The notes beneath the pieces were generated by a model. It saw only the letters and a program-made list of their open reading frames with translations, ran no database searches and had not been told where the DNA came from. A program made the translations under genes and the position numbers. From the sequence record NC_031107.2: DNA of 64,000 bases; one strand, given 5' to 3'. Below, in pieces: positions 1-9,052 of this stretch (its first letter is position 1; every line of letters begins with the position of its first letter).

Positions 1-725
1 AAGAATACTGGCCAGAGATTGACCCACCGTGGTTATCGAACGAAGAAGATGTTCAGCGTCACGCCCAACAGCGTAATCTGGATAGCACCTGGTGGATTAA
101 TGAAACCCGCCAGCTGATTCGTCTGCCGTATCTGCTCTCGCCGACCGAACAGTTCCACCGTACCCACTCGCCGCTGAAAAGCAAGCTGCTGCATGTGTTT
201 GGTACAGACGTGGTGTTTGATGCGGACAACATGGTCAACCCGCATGTGGTGAATGTCGATGATTTGCCGTATGTCTGGAACAAAGACCTGCTGCCGTATA
301 TCGAACACTGTCGGGCAATCGACCCTACCGGACAACGGGGTGTCTTCCGCACGGAGTTGTTCGAAGAAGGTCAGATTATCGAGCCGCGCTTCTACCACTG
401 GGAGAACGGGACACTGTCTTTACGTGGCCGAGACGTCAAAGTCAACAAAGGGTACTATCTCACTGAATCGGTGATTTACGACTGGCGTAACTTTGACCTG
501 TGGCCATTGCAGTTGTATCCGAAAGCAGCCAAGGTGCTGATTGAATGGCTGTTCCCGAACTGGGACGTGCCGAGTTGGTGGTGGGACTTGCCGAAGTTTC
601 CACCGAGTGTGGATGACGACATCAAGAAGCTGACCCCAACCCCGGATAAGCGGATTCTGTTGACCATCTTCAACACCACCATCTTCACCATGCGAGGAAC
701 AGAGAATGCTGAAAGCGTCGCGTGA
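1..725 (+). CDS. Conserved hypothetical, probably virion protein (5'-truncated by window edge)
   Basis: The frame of ORF 195..725 is open back to position 3; it lies in the structural gene block. Confidence 0.6.
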   Translation, partial: EYWPEIDPPWLSNEEDVQRHAQQRNLDSTWWINETRQLIRLPYLLSPTEQFHRTHSPLKSKLLHVFGTDVVFDADNMVNPHVVNVDDLPYVWNKDLLPYIEHCRAIDPTGQRGVFRTELFEEGQIIEPRFYHWENGTLSLRGRDVKVNKGYYLTESVIYDWRNFDLWPLQLYPKAAKVLIEWLFPNWDVPSWWWDLPKFPPSVDDDIKKLTPTPDKRILLTIFNTTIFTMRGTENAESVA

Positions 726-2058
726 GTCGACCACGTTCGTCCCGGTTGAGCCGGAAACGCCGACTCTGAACACACCGCAAGACGGGGTGAAAGAAGCCAG
801 TAACGTGGTGACCCAACCGCTGCGTACCACGGTAACGGACTTTGACCGTATCCCGAAACAGTACCTGATGAAGTACGTGGAAGGGTCGGCCTGGAAGGTG
901 GACTTCTTCAACTTCCTGAAAGGCCGTAACGATGCCAAGAAGTTCTTTGATACGCAGGTCATTACCCCTGACCAGCAGTTAGAGAAAATCATTGGCATGG
1001 AATTGCGGGTGAAGTCTGCCCTTGACCGTAGCCAGGATGACAAGAACAAAACCTTCACCCTGACCGGGTCAGCCACGCTTGCCAATACCGTTGCGCCGAA
1101 CGAAGGCTGTTTCTTTGTAGTGCCGATTGGTGACAACCGTTATGCGCTGTTTAACATCACGCGTGTAACACGTATGTCCAACAACAAGGTCTCGACGTAC
1201 GACATCGAGTATTCCATGTTGTTTGAAGTGTCCCCCGCAGTCGCAGAAACGATTCGTCGTTGTACCGTGCGGGAATACTATTACGTTGCCGAGCGTGCCT
1301 GGACGGGTGGCGATACCTTACTGACACCGAACGAGTATCGCTCTTTCCTGAAACTCGGTGATGCCATTAAGGACATCGAAACCACCTACGTGAAGCGGTT
1401 CTGGGATTCGGAAACGGAAACGTTACTGTTCCCGCGTGACTGGCGTGTGTATGGGTTGAAAGGGGCATCGTACTACGACGTGTTCCTGTGCCTATTTGTT
1501 CGGGCGATTGGGCTGCGTACGGTTGGGAAGGATATTCAAATCTATCCTCACCCGCCGAAGAACGTGGCCGACGTGGAATGTTTGTTTACGGCATTGCTGC
1601 AACAACAAACCGCGTTTCTCGCGTCGTACAACAAACCGAACGGGGCGTACCTCGTTAACACATTCCGGACGATGCAGACCCGTAACTCGATTGCCTGGTC
1701 ACGTATCACCAACACCCGGTATTTCTCCGACGATTTGCGTTCGCCGAAGCAGTATCCGGCAGACTGGGTGAAGTTTACAGAGTTCCCGCCTACTGTGGTG
1801 GATGAATACCGTGGCAATGCGGGTGAATCGTTACCGGCGTTCCTGCCGTTAACCTACACCCCGTACTTGTTGACGGAAACGTTCTACAACGGCTCGTACA
1901 GCTCGTTGTTGGAATATGGCCTGTATCTGTACCTTAACAAGCAACCGGTGCCGTCCACGATTGCCTTGAAGCTTGCTGAGGTGTGCAACACGTTGCCAGA
2001 GGATGCACAGTTCTATTACATCCCGATGGTATACGTGCTGTTGAAATACGCGAGGTAG
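706..2058 (+). CDS. Probable virion structural (tail/baseplate) protein, 450 aa
   Basis: Long ORF overlapping the upstream stop; lies in the core block upstream of helicase/MCP as in phiKZ-like phages. Confidence 0.55.
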   Translation: MLKASRESTTFVPVEPETPTLNTPQDGVKEASNVVTQPLRTTVTDFDRIPKQYLMKYVEGSAWKVDFFNFLKGRNDAKKFFDTQVITPDQQLEKIIGMELRVKSALDRSQDDKNKTFTLTGSATLANTVAPNEGCFFVVPIGDNRYALFNITRVTRMSNNKVSTYDIEYSMLFEVSPAVAETIRRCTVREYYYVAERAWTGGDTLLTPNEYRSFLKLGDAIKDIETTYVKRFWDSETETLLFPRDWRVYGLKGASYYDVFLCLFVRAIGLRTVGKDIQIYPHPPKNVADVECLFTALLQQQTAFLASYNKPNGAYLVNTFRTMQTRNSIAWSRITNTRYFSDDLRSPKQYPADWVKFTEFPPTVVDEYRGNAGESLPAFLPLTYTPYLLTETFYNGSYSSLLEYGLYLYLNKQPVPSTIALKLAEVCNTLPEDAQFYYIPMVYVLLKYAR

Positions 2059-2062
2059 TAGC

Positions 2063-2614
2063 GTGCAACATCAACGTGACCCGAAATTTACAGCAGCCTT
2101 TATGCTGTTCCACAAATGGGTGTTCTGGCGCGTACCGGAATACGCGACCATCACCAAATACGCCAGCCAGGAGCACGGGTTGTTCTTACCCGACGACCCG
2201 AAGAAGGCCCAGGCGATACTCCTGAACAAAAAGAGTATCTACCTGCACCCATCAGACGCTGCGGTGTATGCGGCGACCGGTGGTGCTTTAGATATCACTG
2301 ACCCCAATGATGCTATCATGGTCTACGGGTGGATCATGGAGCATCTGGCAGATTGGCTACGGTATATGGAACAACCACACCTGATGGTTCGTGCCGTGCC
2401 AATCGAAGGGTTGCGTGAGTTTAATGCGTTAGCAGGAAAACTCTTCCCAGTGGCGAACCGGTATGGGTATTTTAAGGTACCGGAACGCACTATGGTCTCG
2501 GCGGTGCAGGCGTTGTTCGGTGAAGTGAAGGCAGAGGTACAACAGCATCGCTTCAACGACACGATTATGCGTCGCATCGAGAAAATCTATCGCCAACGTG
2601 GAGGAATGCTCTAA
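2063..2614 (+). CDS. Conserved hypothetical protein, 183 aa
   Basis: Tightly packed ORF (GTG start), translationally coupled to the next gene. Confidence 0.6.
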   Translation: MQHQRDPKFTAAFMLFHKWVFWRVPEYATITKYASQEHGLFLPDDPKKAQAILLNKKSIYLHPSDAAVYAATGGALDITDPNDAIMVYGWIMEHLADWLRYMEQPHLMVRAVPIEGLREFNALAGKLFPVANRYGYFKVPERTMVSAVQALFGEVKAEVQQHRFNDTIMRRIEKIYRQRGGML

Positions 2615-3924
2615 TGTCGTTTGGTCGGTTACAGAAAATCGCGAACACGCACATCTCACAAGCCGCGGGCTTACCGGCCATCGATTACGGGGCATTCATC
2701 ACGGTACGCGGTGCACCGTTGACGGTACTGAAAATCATCTCGTTGATTCATGCCAGCAACTTTGTAAACGATATGGCGACCTTGACCCACCTAACCGTGG
2801 CGATTCCGTTTAGTCAGATGCGTTTAACCACCTCCGCTGCTGAGGGTGATATCAAGATTAAACTGATTCTGCGTAACGGGCAACGGATTGCCGGACGTTT
2901 CAGTTATCGGGGTATCGCCGTCAACAACCGCGATCACGATATGGAATCCCCTACCATGTTCTTAGGGGAGTCCAACGACAAGTCACTGGCGCTGGTGACG
3001 TTTGAGCTGATGGACGAGGCGATGTGGTTCCTGCGGGTGCGTCAAGTAGGTGGAATATACCACAACACCGACGGCTTAACAGTGGCCCGCTCGATACTCT
3101 CGGACACGCTGCCTAACGGCGTGGCCTCCGAGGGACAGCTCCAGGCACTGATGTACGAAGAGGACGAACAGCAGGGGTATCGGGATATCCTGATACCGGA
3201 CTCGCAAGACTTCCTCTCTGTCTTCGACTTCTTGCAAAAGCATTATGGCATTTACTCGAAAGGGTTGGGTGTCTTTTTGTATATGCAGCGCTGGTATTTG
3301 TTCCAGCCATGGGATTCGAAGAAGTACAGCGGGGCGAAGAAGAAGCTGGTCATCATTAACCTGCCGCGGGAGATGGCAGCTCAGCTTGACCGTACCTGTC
3401 AGGTATCGGGTGACACGGTCTATCTGATTTGTGGCGGGGATGTTGTGGCGATGGAGTCGAAAGACGAAGATGCGATGAACAAAGGTACCGGTTACCGGGT
3501 AGGTTCAATCCGTGCGCTGGATGGCCGTGCGACGTCGTTCTCACCGGGCGAGATATCAACCACCACGTCAGCAGACTTTGTCTCGCAGGCTGACCCGAAT
3601 GCGTATCCGGGCGGGGTGGTGAATGCGCCGATTGATCCGAAGCAACATTTTGCGGACACAGACAAACCGCAACGCTCAACTTTAGCGGCACGTAACGGGA
3701 CGATTACCAAAACCACCTGGAACCGTTCAACCCACGGTATCCTCACGCCGGGGATGGCGGTGAAATATATGTATGCAAACGACTATGGCGTCTATTCACG
3801 TTACGGTACGTTGTGTGCAGAAGTCTTCCAGTCCGCTCAGGACGGTCAAACCATGGCGTCAGGTCGGTACAATACGCAGAGCCAATTGACACTTTGGCTC
3901 ACCGAAGAAAAATTTACAGACTAA
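2614..3924 (+). CDS. Probable baseplate hub/tail-tip virion protein, 436 aa
   Basis: TAATG coupling with a GGAGG SD; beta-rich sequence; position in structural block. The fold is inferred. Confidence 0.45.
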   Translation: MSFGRLQKIANTHISQAAGLPAIDYGAFITVRGAPLTVLKIISLIHASNFVNDMATLTHLTVAIPFSQMRLTTSAAEGDIKIKLILRNGQRIAGRFSYRGIAVNNRDHDMESPTMFLGESNDKSLALVTFELMDEAMWFLRVRQVGGIYHNTDGLTVARSILSDTLPNGVASEGQLQALMYEEDEQQGYRDILIPDSQDFLSVFDFLQKHYGIYSKGLGVFLYMQRWYLFQPWDSKKYSGAKKKLVIINLPREMAAQLDRTCQVSGDTVYLICGGDVVAMESKDEDAMNKGTGYRVGSIRALDGRATSFSPGEISTTTSADFVSQADPNAYPGGVVNAPIDPKQHFADTDKPQRSTLAARNGTITKTTWNRSTHGILTPGMAVKYMYANDYGVYSRYGTLCAEVFQSAQDGQTMASGRYNTQSQLTLWLTEEKFTD

Positions 3925-3936
3925 CGTAGTGTTATG
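3915..3936 (+). promoter_or_regulatory. TAC-N15-TATG bipartite promoter-like motif
   Basis: tttAC agactaacgtagtgt TATG; same spacing as six other intergenic sites. Confidence 0.55.
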
Positions 3937-3968
3937 TCGAAACACACCAAAACCTTAAGGATCTTTCA

Positions 3969-4769
3969 ATGAAAGCGATTCACACGTTTCGCATGTCAGG
4001 ACAAACGCTTCTGAGCATCGACGAATACGAGAAAAAACACTTCTCTAAACCGGCGAAGTTATTCGAACGTTGCGTGCAGCTGATGCCACATGGCCAACAG
4101 CAGCAACTGGACTTTATCATGGCTTCGTCCATGGACAAGACCGTTGCCGTCATCTTTACCGTTGACGGTGTTCAAGGCAAACGTGATCTCGCTATCACTG
4201 ACCCCGGTAGCCTCGGTGACTTGCTGTTCCGTCACGCGCTGACCACCGCGGTGATTACCGGTGCCCTGGAAGCACAGTACGGTTTTGCCTACTGCTACTT
4301 CTACGCCCAGAAAATCTCCAACACCATCGTGCCGGGCGACGTGGATACTTATCCGCAGTATATCGAGCAGCTGACACCGGCTGAGTTCGGTGAGAACGAA
4401 GACTACGAGTTCAACGTCTTCCGTTTCACCATGGTCGGCGAATCGCGTGTCAAAGAGTTCACCACGGCGTTCCGTGCGGTTGTCCGTTATGCGGTACTGC
4501 CGTCGGATGAAGGTATTTCCAGCAACTTCAATGAAGTGTTCCCGGTATTGCAGCTGGGGCCGTATATCACCTTCAACGGCTACGTGCCGTTCCCAGCACA
4601 GATTGTCGGGCCGCTGAACGACAACTCGATTCTGCCGATTGCCGAAGACCGCGACCTGTACAACTCGAAAGCGGTGATGTTGGTCAGTGAAGATCGCTTC
4701 AACATCTCCATCCAGGCGGGTATCAATGACCACGCAATTGCGGTCACTGAGAAGATGGCGCTGCGTTAA
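3969..4769 (+). CDS. Hypothetical protein, 266 aa, strong high-expression codon bias (possibly virion)
   Basis: SD ccttAAGGA; C-ending codon bias; followed by a terminator. Confidence 0.7.
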   Translation: MKAIHTFRMSGQTLLSIDEYEKKHFSKPAKLFERCVQLMPHGQQQQLDFIMASSMDKTVAVIFTVDGVQGKRDLAITDPGSLGDLLFRHALTTAVITGALEAQYGFAYCYFYAQKISNTIVPGDVDTYPQYIEQLTPAEFGENEDYEFNVFRFTMVGESRVKEFTTAFRAVVRYAVLPSDEGISSNFNEVFPVLQLGPYITFNGYVPFPAQIVGPLNDNSILPIAEDRDLYNSKAVMLVSEDRFNISIQAGINDHAIAVTEKMALR

Positions 4770-4773
4770 CCGT

Positions 4774-4810
4774 TACCCGACCTCCTTGTGGGGTCGGGTA
4801 TCCTTTATTT
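4774..4810 (+). terminator. Intrinsic terminator
   Basis: tacccgacc...ggtcgggta stem followed by a T-rich tract. Confidence 0.7.
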
Positions 4811-4940
4811 GTTTGCTAAAAGCCACACAGAGGCCATAACGCTATCTCAGGCAACGTATGTACCATAATCGCTTAGAACGCGTTACAGCGCGTTTGAGAG
4901 CGTTTTTAGGGGGATAAAAATAAAGTTTGACTCCAATCAT

Positions 4941-5015
4941 TTTCAGATATATATTACCTGCATGAGAGAAAACAATTATCTCTCTAATTCGACCATTACC
5001 TAAAGGAGTTTTAAA
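4941..5015 (+). promoter_or_regulatory. Early promoter (AGATATATATTAC) with leader hairpin, TCGACCA box and SD
   Basis: Contains TATATTAC, the published phiKZ early consensus; the module recurs at 34794 and 55113. Confidence 0.7.
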
Positions 5016-5261
5016 ATGACTAAGATTGAATTCATGAAAGACATGACCAAATGTTTCGGTATCGCTGTTCTGACCTTGGCAGCATTCATCATCGGTTTCA
5101 TGTCTCCGTTCGCGGTTATCGATGCCGTGACGTACCTGACCGGTAACATGGTTATCGGTGCACTCACTGGCGGTGCTTGGGGTGCAACCCTGCTGTGTGG
5201 TAGCCTGCTCGGCTGGCCTAACAAACTGGCTAATTACCTGAAAGCCAAATTCAAGAAGTAA
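5016..5261 (+). CDS. Small membrane protein, 81 aa, 2 hydrophobic segments
   Basis: SD cctaAAGGAG; two hydrophobic stretches; basic C-terminus. Confidence 0.75.
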   Translation: MTKIEFMKDMTKCFGIAVLTLAAFIIGFMSPFAVIDAVTYLTGNMVIGALTGGAWGATLLCGSLLGWPNKLANYLKAKFKK

Positions 5262-5270
5262 CAACAAAGC

Positions 5271-5295
5271 AGGCCACCACACGGTGGCCTTTTTT
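5271..5295 (+). terminator. Intrinsic terminator
   Basis: aggccacc-acac-ggtggcct followed by a T tract. Confidence 0.75.
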
Positions 5296-5341
5296 ACGTC
5301 CGGCAATTAACTCGACCATTATCTATTAAAGGAATACGACC

Positions 5342-5486
5342 ATGATTTCTCGCAAACATAAACTCGCTATTTATTCTATCGCCGTGGCTGTACTGGTAAC
5401 AGTTGGCATGATGACTGTAAACAACGACTACAACACCTGCCGTGCCAACGGTAACTCAGTTGCAATGTGCACAGGACGTGGCTAAG
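5342..5486 (+). pseudogene. Small membrane-peptide gene apparently frameshifted right after its ATG
   Basis: SD + ATG at 5342, but the phage-like reading frame (FLANIKLAIYSIAVAVLVTVGMMTVNNDYNTCRANGNSVAMCTGRG*) runs 5346-5486 in the +1 frame and ends 1 nt before the next ATG. Confidence 0.45.
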
Positions 5487-5487
5487 A

Positions 5488-5675
5488 TGACTTTCTCTGA
5501 TAGCGCGTTCGCCGAATTCCTGTCCAACCCACGCACCAAACGCGAGTGGGACAATCTTTCCAACGGAGTGAAACACCGTCGCAATGACGACGATGAAATC
5601 ACCCACGTTACTGCACAAGTGGTGCTCGTCGATTCGACTGGCACCGCCTTCCCATTTTCACAAGAGGTTTACTAA
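5488..5675 (+). CDS. Hypothetical protein, 62 aa
   Basis: TAAG-ATG coupling in the early operon; ATG 5488 is in frame with track ORF 5442..5675. Confidence 0.6.
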
Positions 5676-5676
5676 G

Positions 5677-5850
5677 ATGGCTGTAATCGTAAAGGGCAAT
5701 GGTGAAGTCCGCATTCTGGAAAAGAACGAAACACTGACAACGGATGCCAAGACGCAGCAAAAGGTCTTGGTTGTTAATCCGCGTGTTGTTCCTCTTCCTG
5801 ATTGGAAAAACGAGCTGGCCGAATTCCGTAAACAGCTGGAGAAGAAATAA
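5677..5850 (+). CDS. Hypothetical protein, 57 aa
   Basis: GAGG SD; coupled to both neighbours. Confidence 0.6.
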   Translation: MAVIVKGNGEVRILEKNETLTTDAKTQQKVLVVNPRVVPLPDWKNELAEFRKQLEKK

Positions 5851-6413
5851 TGGATATGAAAAAAGAATACCAGTTCAGTGAGGACAAACCTGACACCACC
5901 ACCAAGCACTACTTTGGTAAGGATGAGCTTGAAGGCGTTAAGCTTCACGAAAAGCTGGATGTTTCGAAAGTGCCAGAAAGCGATTATGCTACCCGCAAGG
6001 CGCAGCTGGCACAATCCGAGCTGGACAAGTTCGATGTATCTCGTGGCTTCCCGGAGAGCCTCAAACCGTGGAACCTTCCACCGGAGAATGTGGGTAAAGG
6101 TGTGGTGTTGAACCACATCAACCATGAAGACCTCCCTGTTGACGCCAACGGTAAGGTTGCCGACATCGCGCCACCCCGCGGCTTCTACCGTGACAAGGAC
6201 GGGAACTTCCGCGACCTTCGTGAGCTACATATGCGTGAACTGGTATTAGGTGGTGATTTTGTAGATGGCGAATCGGTCAAAGTCATCAAAGGTCCAGGCG
6301 GTGATTACGACGGTATCTCCATACCGTTGCGTAAACCTTCCCGTGCTGAGAAGTCTGTCAGCAAATATCGCAATGTGATGAACGGTCTTATCGCCCGTGC
6401 ATCCAAGAAGTAA
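5850..6413 (+). CDS. Hypothetical protein, 187 aa
   Basis: TAATG coupling; followed by a terminator. Confidence 0.7.
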   Translation: MDMKKEYQFSEDKPDTTTKHYFGKDELEGVKLHEKLDVSKVPESDYATRKAQLAQSELDKFDVSRGFPESLKPWNLPPENVGKGVVLNHINHEDLPVDANGKVADIAPPRGFYRDKDGNFRDLRELHMRELVLGGDFVDGESVKVIKGPGGDYDGISIPLRKPSRAEKSVSKYRNVMNGLIARASKK

Positions 6414-6420
6414 AACCAAT

Positions 6421-6446
6421 GCCACCTTCGGGTGGCTTTATTTTTT
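6421..6446 (+). terminator. Intrinsic terminator (UUCG loop)
   Basis: gccacc-ttcg-ggtggc followed by a T-rich tract. Confidence 0.75.
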
Positions 6447-6465
6447 CCCTTAAGGAACAATTTTC

Positions 6466-7350
6466 ATGTTAACTATCGACCAATTCCTACCGAAATCTGC
6501 AGGTGCTGCACCGACGTCTGAAAACGCATCTATCGTACACAAGCACGAAGCAGGCTATCGCCTGACCCGCCATCAGACAGGCAGCTCTGATGTCATCTTC
6601 GTGGTCTGGGATGGCAACACGATTATCGCGCAAGGTTCGTACGACTCCCTGCAAGGACAACAGCGTCTGGCCGACGAAGATAAAATCCAGACTGTCTACC
6701 GTGTGCTGGCCCGCGGCGCGATGTGGTTACTGGTGTTGACCCGCGACCCGATTGCCCGTATGACGGCCTTAAACCACTACAACGACTTCGTAGAAGCGAT
6801 TACCCAACTGGAAGGCTATCAGGACGAGCGTGTAACGCGCGCTATGAGTAGCTGGAAAGAAGAAGGTGAGCTGGCCCACTTCGATGGTAACGCCGTGCTG
6901 GCACGCGCAGAGGCGCTGTATTTGGCCTTCCCAACATGGAATTACGAAATCATCAGTAAAGAAGTCAATGGCGTGAAGATGGAAGCCATGGTGCAATATG
7001 GTGTGCCGGGTATCCGTTTATTGTACACCCACAAAGTGGTGGATGAGAAATCCAAAGCCGGTCAGGAACTGAAACGTTGGTACACGTTACCGCTCGATGG
7101 CGATTGGTATACTGCTGCCAACAACCACTTGTCCATGATGGCAATGATTGCCGAAGGTAACCGCAACGAAATGGCTGCAGACAGCGCACCCCAACCACAA
7201 CCGGTACCGCGACCTACCCGACCACAGTATCCATTCGAGTGTGGTCAATGTGGGGCTAAGTATAACGTCGATGTGATTCATCGACATCAGCCGACCATTG
7301 ATGTGCGTTGCCGTGAGTGTGGCTCAGAAAACCGTAACCTGCCACGCTAA
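6466..7350 (+). CDS. Hypothetical protein with C-terminal zinc ribbon, 294 aa
   Basis: CGQC...CREC after a Pro-rich linker; SD ccttAAGGA. Confidence 0.7.
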   Translation: MLTIDQFLPKSAGAAPTSENASIVHKHEAGYRLTRHQTGSSDVIFVVWDGNTIIAQGSYDSLQGQQRLADEDKIQTVYRVLARGAMWLLVLTRDPIARMTALNHYNDFVEAITQLEGYQDERVTRAMSSWKEEGELAHFDGNAVLARAEALYLAFPTWNYEIISKEVNGVKMEAMVQYGVPGIRLLYTHKVVDEKSKAGQELKRWYTLPLDGDWYTAANNHLSMMAMIAEGNRNEMAADSAPQPQPVPRPTRPQYPFECGQCGAKYNVDVIHRHQPTIDVRCRECGSENRNLPR

Positions 7351-7368
7351 GCAAACAAAATAAAGTAG

Positions 7369-7410
7369 CCCTACTCCTTCGGGAGTAGGGTGTTCTTTTT
7401 TTTGTCCTTA
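7369..7410 (+). terminator. Intrinsic terminator (UUCG loop)
   Basis: ccctactcc-ttcg-ggagtaggg followed by long T tracts. Confidence 0.8.
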
Positions 7411-7446
7411 TTTTTTTTTGTCTTCGAGGACGCATAAACTGCCGTA

Positions 7447-7464
7447 GGGAGGCCGAAGCCTCCC
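7447..7464 (-). terminator. Probable helicase terminator hairpin
   Basis: On the minus strand gggaggc-ttcg-gcctccc, just after the helicase stop; U tract weak. Confidence 0.5.
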
Positions 7465-7472
7465 GGTCGCTG

Positions 7473-9038
7473 TTACGCGAACAATTCATCACCCATTCCA
7501 CCGGTGAAGAAGTTGATAGACGACGCTGTTACGGTTTCTTCTTTATCGCAATCCCAAGGTAAAATACTGACATCGCCAAACGGCAATACGGTATAGTGGT
7601 GTGCTTCTTTGGTATCAATAATCGTACGATGTTTACCGCGCTGTACTTCTAAGAAGCTGTGACCATTTACCACACGCTTGTTGAAGTACATTTCACCATC
7701 GGCTTCGTTATCCAGACTTGAGCAGTCAGAATACAAGCCACGACCAGGCAGGCTCTTACAGAAGCCAACGGGGTCTAATGCTTTCAGACGTTTCCCCTCT
7801 GGGGAAATCTGGTGCGGGGCAATCATGAACCCGCGGTTACGCACGACCTGGTAGTTACGGGCCATACGGTAAATCTCTTTGATATCGCTGCCGACGACGC
7901 CGTTCCCGTGACCACCTTTGCTGATGGTGCCCAGGTAGTCTGCACGAATACCCACGACATGATAACCACGACGTTTCAGGTCGAGAATCAAATCGTTGAT
8001 GTAGTGCACTTTGAAGTCGGAGTTGGTGTGTTTCTGGAACACGTAATCCCAACCATTCGACTGAATCTTACCGCACAGGTAATCCGACATTGCTGTGGTA
8101 TGAGCCACCTTTTGTTCCGGTGTCGCATCGTGCGGTAACACCATACGCGGTGCTTCACCTTCGAAGTGTCCGTAGATTTGCTGATAACCGTAAGCCAGGT
8201 TCACGTCCAGTTCGTTTTCCAGACTGAGGTCAAGGATAATTGGCTGCAGAGTTCCCTTCACATCAGCCATAACTTTCTCTGGCGTGTTGAAGATAGGTAT
8301 GGATAGCGTCAGCAGCAAACTGAACAGTGACTTACAGTTGAAAGGCAGAGCAGGCATCAGCCACATCTCTTCCGTTATACCCTTATTACAGCCCAGCATT
8401 TGGTTGATGGATTTCCATCCGGTCTGTAGACCATTACCCGCTGCTTTCTTGTTAATCGAGTCAAAGACTTTGATAAACGGTGCACGGTTATCCGTCACCA
8501 GTTCACCAACCAGTGATGGAATCTTATTATGAGAGCGTTCGCTGAACGTGGATAGCGTATCTTTGAGCTCGGTCAAGGCCGTCTGCAAATCCACACGCTG
8601 TTCGGTTCCGTTAATCGCCCCGATAGCACGTCCTAATCGCTGCTTAAGCTGCACGCCTTGAATGCACTGGCGGAGCTGAAAGTAATATTGTGATACCTGG
8701 CGGTTAAGATGCTCGATACGTTTCTCTGGGTCTTCTGGGATATCGTCTTCCAGGAACTTGGTAATCGTATCGTATAGAGGACGTACTTGTGTGGTGGCCA
8801 ACTTCAAACGCTTCATGACGTTTGCGTGGTCGTATGTCATGCCGCCGTCTATGATGGATGTGATGATGTCCTTGATTTCGACGAGCGCGGACCTTTCGTC
8901 CCCTTCCTCGGCGTACTCAGGAAGCTTAGCCTCAAGCAAAACTTTTCTTATGACATCATGGTCCCTATCTGGGTCTGTCAAAAGACTTTCTGCGTAAAGA
9001 GCGGCTAAGGCTGTTATCAACATCATTTTATTGTTCAT
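7473..9038 (-). CDS. DnaB-like replicative helicase (phiKZ-type), 521 aa
   Basis: Walker A variant ALPFNCKS, Walker B-like region RADYLG, HQIS motif, C-terminal RGKHR arginine finger; divergent from the capsid operon as in phiKZ-like phages. Confidence 0.8.
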   Translation of the reverse strand: MNNKMMLITALAALYAESLLTDPDRDHDVIRKVLLEAKLPEYAEEGDERSALVEIKDIITSIIDGGMTYDHANVMKRLKLATTQVRPLYDTITKFLEDDIPEDPEKRIEHLNRQVSQYYFQLRQCIQGVQLKQRLGRAIGAINGTEQRVDLQTALTELKDTLSTFSERSHNKIPSLVGELVTDNRAPFIKVFDSINKKAAGNGLQTGWKSINQMLGCNKGITEEMWLMPALPFNCKSLFSLLLTLSIPIFNTPEKVMADVKGTLQPIILDLSLENELDVNLAYGYQQIYGHFEGEAPRMVLPHDATPEQKVAHTTAMSDYLCGKIQSNGWDYVFQKHTNSDFKVHYINDLILDLKRRGYHVVGIRADYLGTISKGGHGNGVVGSDIKEIYRMARNYQVVRNRGFMIAPHQISPEGKRLKALDPVGFCKSLPGRGLYSDCSSLDNEADGEMYFNKRVVNGHSFLEVQRGKHRTIIDTKEAHHYTVLPFGDVSILPWDCDKEETVTASSINFFTGGMGDELFA

Positions 9039-9052
9039 GGAGCATCCTTAAA

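Noticed and set aside
4842-5306. 154-aa minus-strand ORF and other alternative-frame ORFs across early cassettes
   Set aside because: They cross + strand promoters, terminators and SD-backed genes and have no initiation signals.
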